A DNA stretch of 64,000 nucleotides from Mobula hypostoma (Eukaryota), in assembly GCF_963921235.1 (NCBI RefSeq), contig NC_086104.1:26164001-26228000 (forward strand). The letters run 5' to 3'. Positions 12,721-25,900 of this stretch are shown in pieces. The position numbers and the translations under genes are program-made. Position 1 is the stretch's first letter, and each line of letters begins with the position of its first letter. The notes beneath the pieces are model-generated. The model saw nothing but the letters and a program-made list of their open reading frames with translations, made no database searches and was not told where the DNA came from.

Positions 12721-13617
12721 GGTAGATCGAGTAGATGACGTCAATCAAAAGGAAGGATTACTTCTTTTATAAATAACTCTGGCCTGAAGATAATAAAAAA
12801 GTAGCCAGATAGTGTCTAATGATTGGATGATTTATACATGAAACTTGCTTCATAGTCAAGAAGGGTATCTTACAAAATTTCCCCTATGCTATAAAAGTCT
12901 ATTATAACTATTATAACTGTGTAATTTAAAACACAGAATACAAACAAGAATTATGATGGAATACTTCCAACTTACCCACATGAGTGTAATGTATAACTCA
13001 AAATTACCATACAGACAAATGGCAAATTACTCCTTAGTTGGCTATGAAGCCTGATCTGATAGTCTGTTCATGTTGGTTTAATATACTTAAGATGAGGAGA
13101 ACTAATTAGAAAGTTAAAATTATGCCTCCTAGAAAACTAGTATTAATTAAAAAGTCAAGATAGAAAATAAGGATTGGGCATTCTAGTTAATACTGTGTCG
13201 ATCCATGGAGAGGTAGGTGATCTATTTTGTGTCCCAAGGGATAAATCAGTGGAACCAGGAAATGAAACATCACAGAATTAAGAACAGATGATGGAAAAGT
13301 GAAAACAATTTACCAGAAATGAATTGTGGAGGAGGTCTCAGTGCATCACCCATCTGTGGGGAGAATATAATATGACTAGTATAAATGGGCGCTAGAGGTT
13401 AGCACATATCTGAGGGCCAATGAGACTACTTCTGTGGTGATTGCATAACAGTATGTTGTAACATAACAACCTATTCGAAAAGAGGCTGTAGTCAAGTGGA
13501 TAAACAAGGTACTTTTGCTAGCTACCATCCAGCACAAGTTCATAAGCTTCATAAGTCCATGTGATCAAACAAAAATTTTAATATTGTATGGATTCTAGAT
13601 ACAGTATTTGTAGTATT

Positions 13618-13712
13618 CATAGAAACATAGAAAACCTACAGCACAATACAGGCCCTTCGGCCCACAAAGCTGTGCCAAACATGTCCTTACCTTGCAAATT
13701 ACCTAGGCTTTA
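13618..13712 (-). mobile_element. CR1 3' tail fragment
   Basis: catagaaacatagaaaacctacagcacaatacaggcccttcggccc tail. Confidence 0.7.
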
Positions 13713-13736
13713 ATGTGATGAATCTCATCTTTATTC

Positions 13737-15345
13737 ATATAACCATATAACAATTATAGCACGGAAACAGGCCATCTCGGCCCTTCTAGTCCGTGCCGAA
13801 CTCTTACTCTCACCTAGTCCCACTGACCTGCACTCAGCCCAAAACCCTTCATTCCTTTCCTGTTCATATAGCTGTGCAATTTAACTTTAAACGACAACAT
13901 CGAACCTGCCTCAACCACTTCTGCTGGAAGCTCGTTCCACACAGCTACCACTCTCTGAGTAAAGAAGTTCCCCCTCATGTTACCCCTAAACTTTTGCCCT
14001 TTAACTCTCGACTCATGTCCTCTTGTTTGAATCTCCCCTACTCTCAATGGAAAAAGAGTCAACTCTATCTATCCCCCTCATAATTTTAAATACCTCTATC
14101 AAGTGCCCCCTCAACCTTCTACGTTCCAAAGAATAAGTCCAACTTGTTCAACCTTTCTCTGTAACTTAGGTGATGAAACCCAGGTAACATTCTAGTAAAT
14201 CTTCTCTGTACTCTCTCTATTTTGTTGACATCTTTCCTATAATTCGGTGACCAAAACTGTACACAATACTCCAGATTTGGCCTCACCAATGCCTTGTACA
14301 ATTTCAATATTACAAACCAACTCCTATACTCAATGCTCTGATTTATATAGGCCAGCATACCAAAAGCCTTCTTCAGCACCCTATCCACATGAGATTCCAC
14401 CTTCAGGGAACTATGCATCATTATTCCTAGATCCCTCTGTTGTACTGCATTCGTCAATGCCCTACCATTTACCCCATATGTCCTATTTTGATTAGTCCTA
14501 CCAAAATGTAGCACCTCACATTTATCAGCATTAAACTCCATCTGCTATCTTTCAGCCCACTCTTCTAACTGGCCTAATTCTCTGCAAACTTTGAAAACCT
14601 ACTTCATTATTCACAACTCCACCTATCTTAGTATCATCTGCATACTTACTAATCCAATTTACCACCCCATTATTCAGATCATTAATGTATATGACAAATA
14701 ACATTGGACCCAGTACAGATCCCTGAGGCACACCACTAGTAACCGGCCTCCAATCTGACAAACAGTTATCCACCACCACTCTGTGGCGTCTCCCATCCAG
14801 CCACTGCTGAATCCATTTTACTACTTCAATATTAATACCTAACGATTGAACCTTCCTAACCAGCCTTCCGTGTGGGACCTTGTCAAAGGCCTTACTGAAG
14901 TCCATATGGACAACATCCACTGCTTTACCCTCATCAACTTTCCAAATAACATCTTCAAAAAATTCAATAAGATTTGTCAAACATGAACTTCCACGCACAA
15001 ATCCATGTTGACTGTTCCTAATCAGACCCTGTCTATCCAGATAATTATATATACCATCTCTAAGAATACTTCCCATCAATTTACCCACCACTGATGTCAA
15101 ACTCACAGGCCGATAATTGCTAGGTTTACTCTTAGAACCATTTTTAAACAATGGAACAACATGAGTAATACGCCAATCCTCCGGCACCATCCCCGTTTCT
15201 AATGACATTTGAAATATTTTTAGGGAATATTTCTAGGGTCCTAGGGAATATCCTGTCAGCACCCGGAGACTTATCCATTTTTATATTCCTTAAAAGCTCC
15301 AGTTCTTCCTTTTCTTTAATCATCATAGTTTCCATAACTTCCCTT
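13737..15345 (-). mobile_element. CR1 LINE ORF2 (RT) 3' half
   Basis: ORFs with NYRPVSLTSVVGK, DFSKAFDKVPH, GVPQGSVLGP, YADDTK and FFTQRVV; few frameshifts. Confidence 0.95.
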
Positions 15346-15799
15346 AGCATCAGCTTACTTCTGATGCATTCAAAACAAAATGACAAGAATCTTCCTGATA
15401 ACCTGACGTCCACCCAGTCAATAACAGCCTTGTGGGGTCCAAAACATCAAAACCATCCTGACACTCACCATAATTAACCTTTTTGAACAGATGCTTGGCC
15501 TCTCCACATGAATAAAATTCAGGAATAGTTTGATGACAAAGGCAAGTTTAAGGAAATCCAGAGCTAACTATTCACAAAGTTCTCTTAATCTGAGAGCTCC
15601 TGCACTCCTCGGAAAAAGAAACATCCACTGTAAACTGTCCAATTGATAGGTGCATTGTAGATCCAGGGAGGCGTTGATGGGGATATGGGAAGGTTAAAGT
15701 GAGATCGCTATAGGACCAGAGTAGAAGGGTGCTTGATGATTTGTGCACACCTGAGAGGCCAAAGGACTGCTTCCTTGCTTGATGACTCTATGACTCTTT

Positions 15800-16430
15800 T
15801 GCCTCTCAGAAAATGGCACACCAATCACCTTGCCATTTAAGTTAGCCATCTCCTGCCTCTTGCATCTCACTTAGGGTGGTGTTGCTGATATGTGAGTTCC
15901 TGAGTTCCTGGGTGATGGTAGTGGAGGGACTGTTCTATCAATGTTGTTTTTGTCCATGAGGGTCCTAATATTTGAGGTCCCAAAGTTCATATGGAGAAGT
16001 GGCAGCTGCATGTAAGAGTCTTCCAATGGAGACTGACTTCTGTATTGACATTAGCACACAGAGTGGGTTCAGACTCAGTCACCATTGATTCCATCTTTCT
16101 TCCCTCATCTAAATCCAACCCAGCTTCGACTTGACGTCTTTTACACTCAGTCCTCCCCATTCCTGAATCTCCAAAGTCCTCCCACTCCTCTAACCTCCTC
16201 CTACCCACTCTCAGGCTCCCTCCTCCGGCCCCTGTAACCTTCCACCTCATTCCTCACCAGTAACCTCAACCTCTTTTCTTTCCTTCCGTTCATTGGTCTG
16301 TGTGGTAGCTGACGGCAGAACCATTGGCTCAGTAGCTGGGCGCTGTGAAAGGACCTGGTGTGTGGCTTGTGGGCATTGTGGGAAGGGTATGAAACCAGAT
16401 TGTCTGCTGAATCTCTCCAGCATTGTGTGG
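15800..16430 (-). mobile_element. RTE-clade LINE 5' fragment (UTR plus APE N-terminus), old
   Basis: Minus strand MNFGTSNIRTLMDKNN...TLSEMQEAGDG resembles the RTE start FGTWNVRTLMD...LSETR. Confidence 0.55.
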
Positions 16431-16654
16431 AGAGAAATATCAGTGTTATAACTGCTCCTGAGGAGATGCCTCCCATCCTCATCATTTAACTAGTCAAATA
16501 CATCTCTGGTATTTCTTGTGCTATCTAGCTTTCCTTCAAAATTATCTGTGCTGCCATTTATCCCAACCATTCTGGATCGATGTACCTTCTGCCTTCTCAC
16601 CACTCCCATCCCAAGAATTTTCCTTATTTCTTTTTTTTTCTGAATGAACTCTTG

Positions 16655-17445
16655 AGAGAATAGGGGCTGTACCTGCAGGGCCAGTGCTCTGTTCTGGGCG
16701 TCAGATGTGGAATTTCTGGGAGACTACCAGCCTCCCTGATGGCCACATCTGCGCCAGGTGCATAGAGATGCAGCTCCTTAGAGACCGTGTTAGGGAACTG
16801 GAGCTGCAGCTCGATGGCCTTCAGCTTGTTAGGGTAAGTGAAGCGGTGATAGACAGGAGCTACAGGGAGGTAATCACCTCAAGGCTACAGGAGACAGATA
16901 AATGGGTAACTGTCAGGAGAGGGAAGGCAGAACATCAGATATTGGAGAGCGCCCCTGTGACCATCCCCCTCAGCAATGAGTACTCCATTTTGACTGCAGT
17001 TGGGGGGGATGACCTACCTGGAGGAACCAACAGCAGCCGTGCCTCTGGCCCTGTGGCTTAGAAGGGCAGGAAACTGAAGAGGATGGCAGCAGTAATAGGG
17101 GACTCTATAGTTAGAGGGGCAGGTAGGAAATTCTGTGGACATGAAAGGGAAACATGAACGATAATTTGCCTCCTAGGTGCCAGGGTCTGCAATGTCTCTG
17201 TGAACGCATCTACAATATCCTGAAAAAGGAGGGTGAGCAGCTGGAAATTTTACCAAAGTGTAGTGAATCTGTGGAATGCTGTGCCACAGACTGTGGAGGA
17301 GGCAAAGTCTGTGGGTATATTGAGAGTAGAAGTAGATTGATTCCTGATTAGTTGGAGCATCAGGGGATATGGTGAGAGGCCAGGTGTCTGGGGTTGAATG
17401 GGATCCAGGATCAGCCATGATGAAATGGTGGAATGGGCTCTATGC
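16655..17445 (+). mobile_element. CR1 ORF1 fragment joined to a CR1 3' fragment
   Basis: CxxC...HICARC zinc finger with leucine zipper LRDRVRELELQLD and AVIGDSIVRG esterase motif. From about 17255, a VVNLWNA 3' end. Confidence 0.8.
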
Positions 17446-20030
17446 TTTACGAATTGATTGTAACATGGACAAGTCACTAACGTTCATTTACAGCATGGAG
17501 TTGTTCCTGAAATCTGAAGTCTGGCTGACAATTTCTTGAACATGTAATATAGATTTTTACCTCAGTACAGTACTGTGAGAGCACGGCATTGTGTTGTCAC
17601 TGAAAGGAATCTACTTGCTCTCTCCAGTGGAGTAGATGATGTTGTGCTGCTATTTTGAAAAAAAAACAAAGAAACTTTGTCCAGTCTCCTCGGCTAATAG
17701 TCATTCCTTCACCCCTAAAAGTCATCTTAAAACAGACCAGCAGAACTTTTCAAAAAGCAAATCTGCAGTTGGTCTAAATCTGAAATAAATACAAAAAAAA
17801 ACATTCAGTAGGTTATACAGTACCTTCAGGTCAGTTAACTTTTTAGTTCTGATTACAGTTCATCTGAAGCAGTAACTTTGATTCTCTCAACAGATGCTGC
17901 CTTATCTGTCAAAAACGTCCAGTATTCCCTGCTTATATTAACTGAATATTTGTCATTCTGCTGTCTGCAAGATGTCATTTTGTGTGAATTGCTAGATAAG
18001 CTGGACTAAATAACAGTTCTGATTGCTCTTCAGAGACTGCAACATGCTTTGGTGTATACTCTAGATGCAATCATTTTTATCCCTGATCCTTCTAGCAAGT
18101 ATTAAGCTGTCTCATTCATTGAAGTTGTGCTCTGGACAGATGTTGTTTGATTTGCAATCAAAATATTTTAGAACAGGTAGGAAAGGATAGGTTTAAAGCA
18201 GAGTTAAGGCATCATACATAAACATTGAAAATTAAATGTAAATGTGAATCAAATCTTCAAGAATAACCACGTAAATGAAAGACTTATCCAACAGTCTTCA
18301 ACCAATTCTTAATATTTCTAAAATAACATAAAGATTGTGCAGGATTTATGCCTTACATGCTGTGGCTGAAATTTGTTGTTGGCGGGGGGGGGGGGTGCAG
18401 GGGTGGAGATTTATGATTAAGTGAGATAAACCTAGCAGAAGATCTAAACCACTACTGAACCAGCTGACATCATTGATAATCTGTCTGATCGTTGAAAGTC
18501 ACAGGACACCAAATGACACCTCCTGAATGCAAATGTGAAAAGGTAGAAGGCCCAATCTTTGTACCACAGGCTCTTTAAGCAGCAACTTGTCCAGCAAGGG
18601 GTACAGCAGGAAACAGTGAACAAAAACAGATTGTGCACTGAAATCATTAGACTCCTAACTCTTGCCGTTATCCTCAGGTTAAATTCAGTAGCAGACTAAG
18701 CATACACTGCTGAGTATTAAAAAAGTGAATAATTGGGGGAGCATGTTATGCTTGGAGTGGAATTCTGATTTGCATTTTGTATTTATGTGTTATGTCTGGG
18801 GAAGGAATTGTACTAAATTTGAGTGCATGGCTTGGCACGTTGGATCAAAATTGAGCTTTGATCTGAGGCACATTTATTTGAAGTTGACAGCACCGGCCTC
18901 CATTTATGTTTGTACTAAGTGAGCTCGCAGCTCCAGTGGTGGAACTACGATAATACATTTTGAAGTCAACACTATTGTCAGATAGCTGCTGTCTCAGGTA
19001 CAGACAACTGGAAATTTTATAAGTACCATATGAAACAATATCGGTCATAAAGTCAGAGACAAAAGCAGTGTACTGATTCTCAAATTGTTCCTTCTGGGAA
19101 TAATTTTGTCAAGGTTTCTAGACAGAAAAGGGAGAGCATGTTTGTTCCTATGTCATGATAAATGTGCTAAATTTCATCTTTATTTAGTTTATTTCTGATG
19201 CATAGTACATGAAGACTTTAAAAAATCAGATACTGTATGTTAAATGCTATGTATATTATCATTCAATATTTAGATTTCAAATATTTAAGGGAAATAGCTG
19301 TAAAGCATCTGGTTAACAGTGAAGCAAAGACTTCATATGAACTGTTCTCCAGATAAAATACTAAAACCAAAGTAGATAGCATTTCTTTGATGTAATCATT
19401 TCCTCTTACGTTCAAGGAGCCATTTTGAATTGCTGTTAATTTCTAATGAAGCTGATTAAACTGCTCCTGCTGATACACAATGCAGAAATCCAGGAATGCT
19501 TGGGCTACAGATGTTTATGTGCCTTAAATTAAAGTGTCCGTGGAATAAACCATAATCAGGATTTGAATAAGAGTGGAAAAGAAGGTCAGATAAACCTCAA
19601 GGCAAGGACTTGCTAGCATCTGAAATGGATGGATCTTCAATAGATCCCAGAGTAACTGGGACTTAACACATGAAAAGTTCTTGAAAGGGACTGTCATGGT
19701 CTGGTCCGTGTTCCGGTTCACGGTCCAGTCCAACGACACTTGCTCCAAGTTTTCATATCTACCCTGCTTCTATTCTTGTTGAGCTCTAATTGAGGCAGCT
19801 GATGCTCATTGGGGCTGGCTGCATAAATACCTTCAGAGACCAGGGCATGGCTGCTGGATTGTTCTTGTCCTTACACCTTGTATCCCTTCCCCTGCCTTCT
19901 GTTTCCTGGCTTGGAGCCCTGCCTTGTCTTGTTGGTAACTCTCGCCTCGCCTGAAGTTCTGTCTTACCTTGCATTGCCTGAAGCCTTACCTTGTCTTGCT
20001 GTCTTGTCCTGGAGCCACCCTGTACCTAGC

Positions 20031-20460
20031 TCCCTTCCTGTCCCTTGCCTCCGCCAGGTAGCCAGGCCATATTGCCATTACCTGCGGTTGGTTCTGTCCC
20101 CTCCTAACCCTTGCCTCCGCCAGGTAAGTCAGGCCGTCTTGCCATTACCCTGTGGTTGGTTCTGTCCCTTCCTGTCCCTAGTCTCTGTCAGGTAGTCAGG
20201 CCGTATTGCCGTTACCTATGGTTGGTTCTGTCCCTTCCTAACCCTTGCCTCCATCAGGTAAACCAGACTGTCTTGCCGTTACCTACGGTTGGTTCTGTCC
20301 CTTCCTGTCCCTTACCTCCGTCGGGTAAGCCAGGCCGTCTTGCCGTTACCTGCAGTTGGTTCTGTCCCTTCCTAACCCTTGCCTCCATCGGGTAAACCAG
20401 GCCGTCTTGCCGTTACCTGCAGTTGGTTCTGTCCCTTTTTGTCCCTTGCCTCCATCGGGT
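20031..20460. repeat. Minisatellite with ~66-67 bp unit, about 6.4 copies
   Basis: Unit TCCCTTCCT(GT/AA)CCCTTGCCTCCRYCRGGTARSCAGGCCGTMTTGCCRTTACCTGCRGTTGGTTCTG. Confidence 0.95.
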
Positions 20461-20504
20461 GGAGAACCACACCCTGCCCAGGAGAACCGCGCCCTGCCCA
20501 GGAG

Positions 20505-20830
20505 GAGCCTCCAGCCTCCAGCCCCAAGCCTCGTCTCCAGCCTCCTGCCTAGTCTCAGGCCTGAAGACTTCAGCCTCCAGCCTAGCCTCAAGCCTGAAGA
20601 CTCCAGTCTCCTGCCCCCTGCCTCGCCTCGCCTCTAGTCTCTAGCCTCAAGTCTGAAGACTCCAGCCTCCTGTCTCCTGCCAAGCCTCACCTCTAGTCTC
20701 TAGCCTCAAGCCTCGTCTCCTGCCTCCTGCCAAGCCTTGCCTCATCTCCTGCCTCCTGCCAAGCCTCGCCTCAAGTCTCTAAGACTCCAGCCTTGTCATG
20801 CCTGCCAGCCAGGCCTCGTCCTTGCCTAGT
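20505..20830. repeat. Irregular tandem array of CAAGCCTC / GAAGACTCCAGCCTC motifs
   Basis: Seen directly, inside the solo LTR. Confidence 0.8.
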
Positions 20831-21264
20831 TCTGGGGTCTGAGCCAGAGGAAAGACCCAGGTACTGGGTTCTTGTCCAGTCTCTGGCTTGGAGTTCAAGC
20901 CCGGGCTCTTAGCTGTCTTGTCCAGTCCTGTTCCGGGATCCCAGTTTTCGTGTCCATGTCCTTGCCTTCACCCTGTATCCTAGTCCTGTCCCTAGTCCTT
21001 CAGTGTCTGTGTCTTGCACTTGGGTCCGTTCCCAGCCACCTCCTTATGACAGGGACTTGGGGAAATAAACAATTTCAGAGTGAGAGGTGGTGATCTGGGA
21101 CACAAGAGCTGCGATGTTAGTGTAAACAGAACCCTCCTTCACCATGATGCAACTAAAAGTTTGCAGAGAGTAGAGGTTAGGTAAAAATGTTATTTTTTTC
21201 AATAAATAATATCCTGTCTGAGCTGTAGCACCATATTTGTATGAGAAATGGGTTAATCCTTAGA

Positions 21265-22360
21265 GTAGGCCATAATCAGCATGGTTCCTTAAGGGGAAAT
21301 CTTACCTGACAAATCTCTTGGAATTCTATGAAGAAATAACAAACAGAATAGACAAAGGAGAATCAGTAGACATCGTGTACTTGGATTTTCAGAAGGTCTT
21401 TGACAAGTTGCCACACATGAAACTGCTTAACAAGTTAAGAGCCCATGGTATTACAGGAAAGATACCAGCAAGGTTAAAGCATTGGCAGGAGGCAAAGAAT
21501 AAAGGGAGGCTTTTCTGGTTGGCTGCCGGTGACTACTGGTGCTCCACAGGGGTCTGTGCTGGGAGCGTTTCTTTTATTTTATATGTCAATGACTTGGATG
21601 ATGGAATCGATGGCTTTGTGGCCAAGTTTGCGGACGATACAAAGATAGGTGGAGGGACAGGTAGTTTTGAGGAAGTAGAGAGGCTACTGAAGGTCTCAGA
21701 GAGATTAGGACAATGGGTAAAGAAGTGGTAGATGGAATACAATGTTGGAAAGTACGTGGTCATGCACTTCGGTAGAAGAAATAAAAAGGTAGGCTATTTT
21801 CTTAATGGAGAGAAAATTCAAAAGTCTAAGGTACAAAGGGACTAGGGAGAAAAAATGTGCTGACATTGCTGAGAAGGTTCAAAGGATGAAAATGATTTTG
21901 AATTAAATGGCTTGTCATATCAGGAGTGTTTGATGTCTCTGGGACTCTACTCACTAGAATTTAGAAGAATGAGGCGTGACCTCATTGAAATACAGTAAAT
22001 TGAACATTGAAAGGCCTCAGTAAAATGGATGTGGAGAGGATGTTTTAGATGGTGGGGGAGTCTAAGACCAGAAGACACAGCCTCAGAATAGAAGGGTGTC
22101 CTTTTAGAAATGAGATGAAGAGGAATTTCCTTAGCCGGAGAATGGTGTATCTGTGGAATTCATTGCCACAAGTGAGTGTGGAAGCCAAGTGATTGGGTAT
22201 TTTTAAGACAGGGCCTTAGATTCTTGTTTAGTCAGGGTATGAAGGGCACAGGTAGAAGGCAGAGAGGGAAAATGGATCAGCCATGATGAAATGACGGAGC
22301 AAACACAATGGGCCAAAATGGCCCAATTCTTCTCCTATAAATTATGGTCTTATGGTCTTT
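21265..22360 (+). mobile_element. CR1 LINE 3' part
   Basis: DKGESVDIVYLDFQKVFDK and AKFADDTK; internal deletion; (TTATGGTC)n tail. Confidence 0.9.
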
Positions 22361-22974
22361 ATTCAGTACAATTTTATGATGATTAGAGAAAGAAAAAGTG
22401 ATAACAACCTCAACCAAAATCCATATTTGTCACCAACTCTGCCAGTTCTATAAGCAATGTTTGTTGGAGGCATGTGGCTGGAAGAGGGTGAGGGTTAAGT
22501 CTGCTGTCCAAAGTTAGGTTAAGATTAAATATTTCAGTGCAGTTTTTGTATCAGACTATATAAACAAACACTTGAAGAGTAGCTTTCCTGGGAATAAGTA
22601 GGGTTTGTGGCCCAGGAGGAGGGAGAGAAGATCCTCTCCAAACCCTTCCAAGACAAATTAGTTCCATGCTTGTCAGGGGCAAAGTAATTGAAGTTCTTAC
22701 CGGATTGCCTTCTCACAGCCACAAAGAGCATCTGAATGAGCACTTGTATCACCAAGGCAGTGAAAACTAGGGACCAAAAGCTGGAAAATGGGCTTAATAT
22801 ATGTAGATTGGTATCTAATTTTTAACATGTATGTGATGGGCTGAATGGCTAGTTTCTGTGCTGGATGACTATAACACCATGGCTTGAAAATTTTCCTATC
22901 AATATACTCCACTGGTATACTCTCTTCTCTGGTTCTTTTGATTGGCCATGCTCCTACAATTGTGACAGCTGATT

Positions 22975-25900
22975 GACCATAAGACATAGGAGCAGAATTA
23001 GGCCATTTGACCTATTGACTCTGCTCTGCCATTCAATCATGCCTGATCCTTATTTTCGCCCCTCCTCAGTCCCACTCGCCAGCCTCCTCCCCGTAACCTT
23101 TGATGCTGTAGCCAATGAAGAACCTATTCATCTCCACCTTAAATACACCCACCGACCTGGCCTCCTCAGCTGCCTGTGGTAACAAATTCCACTAATTCAT
23201 CACCCACTGGCTGAAGAAATTTCTCTGCATCTCTCTTTTAAATGAATGCCCCGCTATCCTGAGTCTGTGAAATCTTAGACCAAAAGACACTGGAGCAGAA
23301 TTAGGCTATTCATCCCATCGATTCTACTCTGCCACTTCATCCTGGCTGATCCCAGATCCCACTCAATCCCATAAGCTACCTCTCTTGCCGTATCCGTTGA
23401 AGCCCCGACTAATCAGGAATCTATCAACTTCTGCTTTATATATACCCATGGACTTCACCTCAACTGCAGTCTGTGGCAGAGCATTCCACAGATTCACCAC
23501 TCTTTGGCTAAAAAAAAATCCTCCTTAAACTCTGTTCTAAAAGGTTTAATTCCTCAATTAAATGTCCTCAATTTTTAGGCTGTGCCTTCTAGTTCTGGAT
23601 ACCCCCACCAGAAGAAACATCCTCTCAACATCCATCTTTTCTAGTTCTTTTAACATTCAGTAGGTTTCAAAAAGATCCCCATGCATTCTTCTAATTTCCA
23701 CTGAGTACAGGCCCAAAAGCTACCAAACGATCCTCATATATTAACCCCTCCATTCCTGGAATCAGCCTCGTGAATCTCCTCCAGACTCCCTCCAATGATA
23801 ATACATCCTTTCTGAAATAAGGGGCGCAAAACTGTTGACAATATTCCAAGTGCGGCCTGGCTAGTGTCTTATAAAGCTTCAGCATTATCTCATCATTTTT
23901 ATATTCTATTCTCCTTGAAATAAATGCAAACATTGCATTTGCCTTCTTTACCACAGACTCAACCTGTGAATTAACCTTCTGGGAGTCTTGCATGAGGACT
24001 CCTAAGTCCCTCTGCACCTGTGATGTTTGAATCTTCTTCAAATTTATATAATAGTCTGCATTATTGTCCTTTTACCAAAATGCATTCTCATACATTTCCC
24101 AACACTGATTCTATTCTGCCACTTTTTTCTCATTCTTTCAATTTGTCTAAGTCCTGGTGCAATCGCATTGCTTCCTCAACACTACACACCCCCACCCATC
24201 TTTGTATCATCCACAAATTTTGCCACAAGGTCATCAATTCCTTTATCTAAATCATTGACAAAGAATGTGTAAAATGTCCCAATACTGACCCCTGAGGAAT
24301 ACCGCTAGTCACTGGCAGCTACCAAAAATGCACGCTTCATTCCCACTCGCTGCCTCCTGCCTGTCACCAATTCCTCTATCCATGTCAGTATATTTCCTGT
24401 AACACCATAGGATTTTATCTTGTTAAGCAGTCTCATTTGAGGCACCTTATCAAATGCCTTCTGAAAATCTAAGTAAATGACATCCACTACCTCTCCTTTG
24501 TCCATCTTGGTTTATCCACCACTGCCTCTCCTTTGTCCACCCTCTTGTCCTAGACTTTCCCAACATGGGAAACATCCTTTCCACATCTACTCTGTCTAGA
24601 CCTTTCAACATTCGAAAGGTTTCAATGAAAATCCCACTCATTCTTCTAAATTTTAGCAAGTACAGGTGCCCAGAGCTATCAAACGTTTTTCATATGATAA
24701 CCCTTTCATTCACTGAATCATTCTTGTGAACCTCCTCTGAACCCTCTCTAATGCCAGCACATCTTTTCTTAGATGAGAAGTTCAAAACTGTCCACAATAC
24801 TCAAGGTGAGGCCTCACCATTGCCTTATAAAGCCCCAGCATCACATCCCTGCTCTTATACTCCAGACCTCTTGAAATGATTGCTAACATTGCATTTGCCT
24901 TCCTCACCACTGACTCAACTTGCAAGTTAACCTTTAGGGTGTTTTGCACAAGGACTCTCAAATCCCTTTGCATCTCAGATTTTTGGATTTTCTCCCCATT
25001 TAGAAAATAGACTGCACATTTATTTCTACTACCAAAGTGCATGACCATGCATTTTCCAACACTGTATTTCATTTACCACGCTCTCTCCCATTCTCCTAAT
25101 CTGTCTAAGTCCTTCTGCACCCTACTTGTTTTCTCAACACTACTTGCCCTTCCATCAATATTTGTACAATCTGCAAATTTGGCAACTAAGCCATCTATTC
25201 CATCACCTAAATCATTGATATACAACATAAAAAGAAGCAGTCCCAACACTGACCCCTGCGGAACACCACTAGTCACTGGCAGCCAAGCAGAAAAGGATCC
25301 TTTTATCCCCAGTCACTGCCTCCTACCAATCAGCCAATGCTCTAACCATGCTAGTAACTTTCCTGTAATACCATGAGCTCTTAACTTAGTAAGCGGCCCT
25401 ATGTGTGACACCCTGTTAAAGGCTATCTGAAAATCCAGATATACGACATCCACTGCATCCCTTTTATCTATCCTACTTGTAATCTTTTCAAAGAATTCCA
25501 ACAGGTTCATCAGGCAAGATTTTTCCTGAATGAAACCACGCTGACTTTGTACTATCTTGTCCTGTGTCATCAAGTACTCCATCTCCTCAACCTTAACAAA
25601 TGACATCTTCCCAACCACTGAGGTCAGGCTAACTGGTCTATAATTTCCTTTATGCTGCTTTTCTCCTTTTTTAAAGAGTGGAGTAATATTTGCAGTTTTC
25701 TAGTTCTCTGGCACCATGCCAGAGTCCAATGATTTTTGAAAGATCATTTCTAATGCCACCACAATCTCTAACACTACCTCTTTCAGAACTATATGGTGCA
25801 GTTCCTCTGGTCCAGGTCACTAGGTTTTTCAGCTTTTTGAGCAACTTCTCCCTTGTAATACAGTAGTAACTGTACTTATTTCTCTCCTTCACACACTTCA

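Larger units (their letters stand above)
19692..21051 (+). mobile_element. Solo LTR (probably Gypsy type) with internal minisatellites
   Basis: Starts TGTCAT and ends ATGACA; perfect 5-bp TSD GGGAC (19687-19691 and 21052-21056); TATA-like CATAAATA near 19822. Confidence 0.88.

Noticed and set aside
20031-20460. CRISPR-like regular repeat
   Set aside because: Contiguous tandem units with no unique spacers, no cas genes, and vertebrate context.
19878-20644. Pro/Leu/Cys-rich repetitive ORFs
   Set aside because: They are translations of the LTR minisatellite; unit lengths are not consistently multiples of 3.
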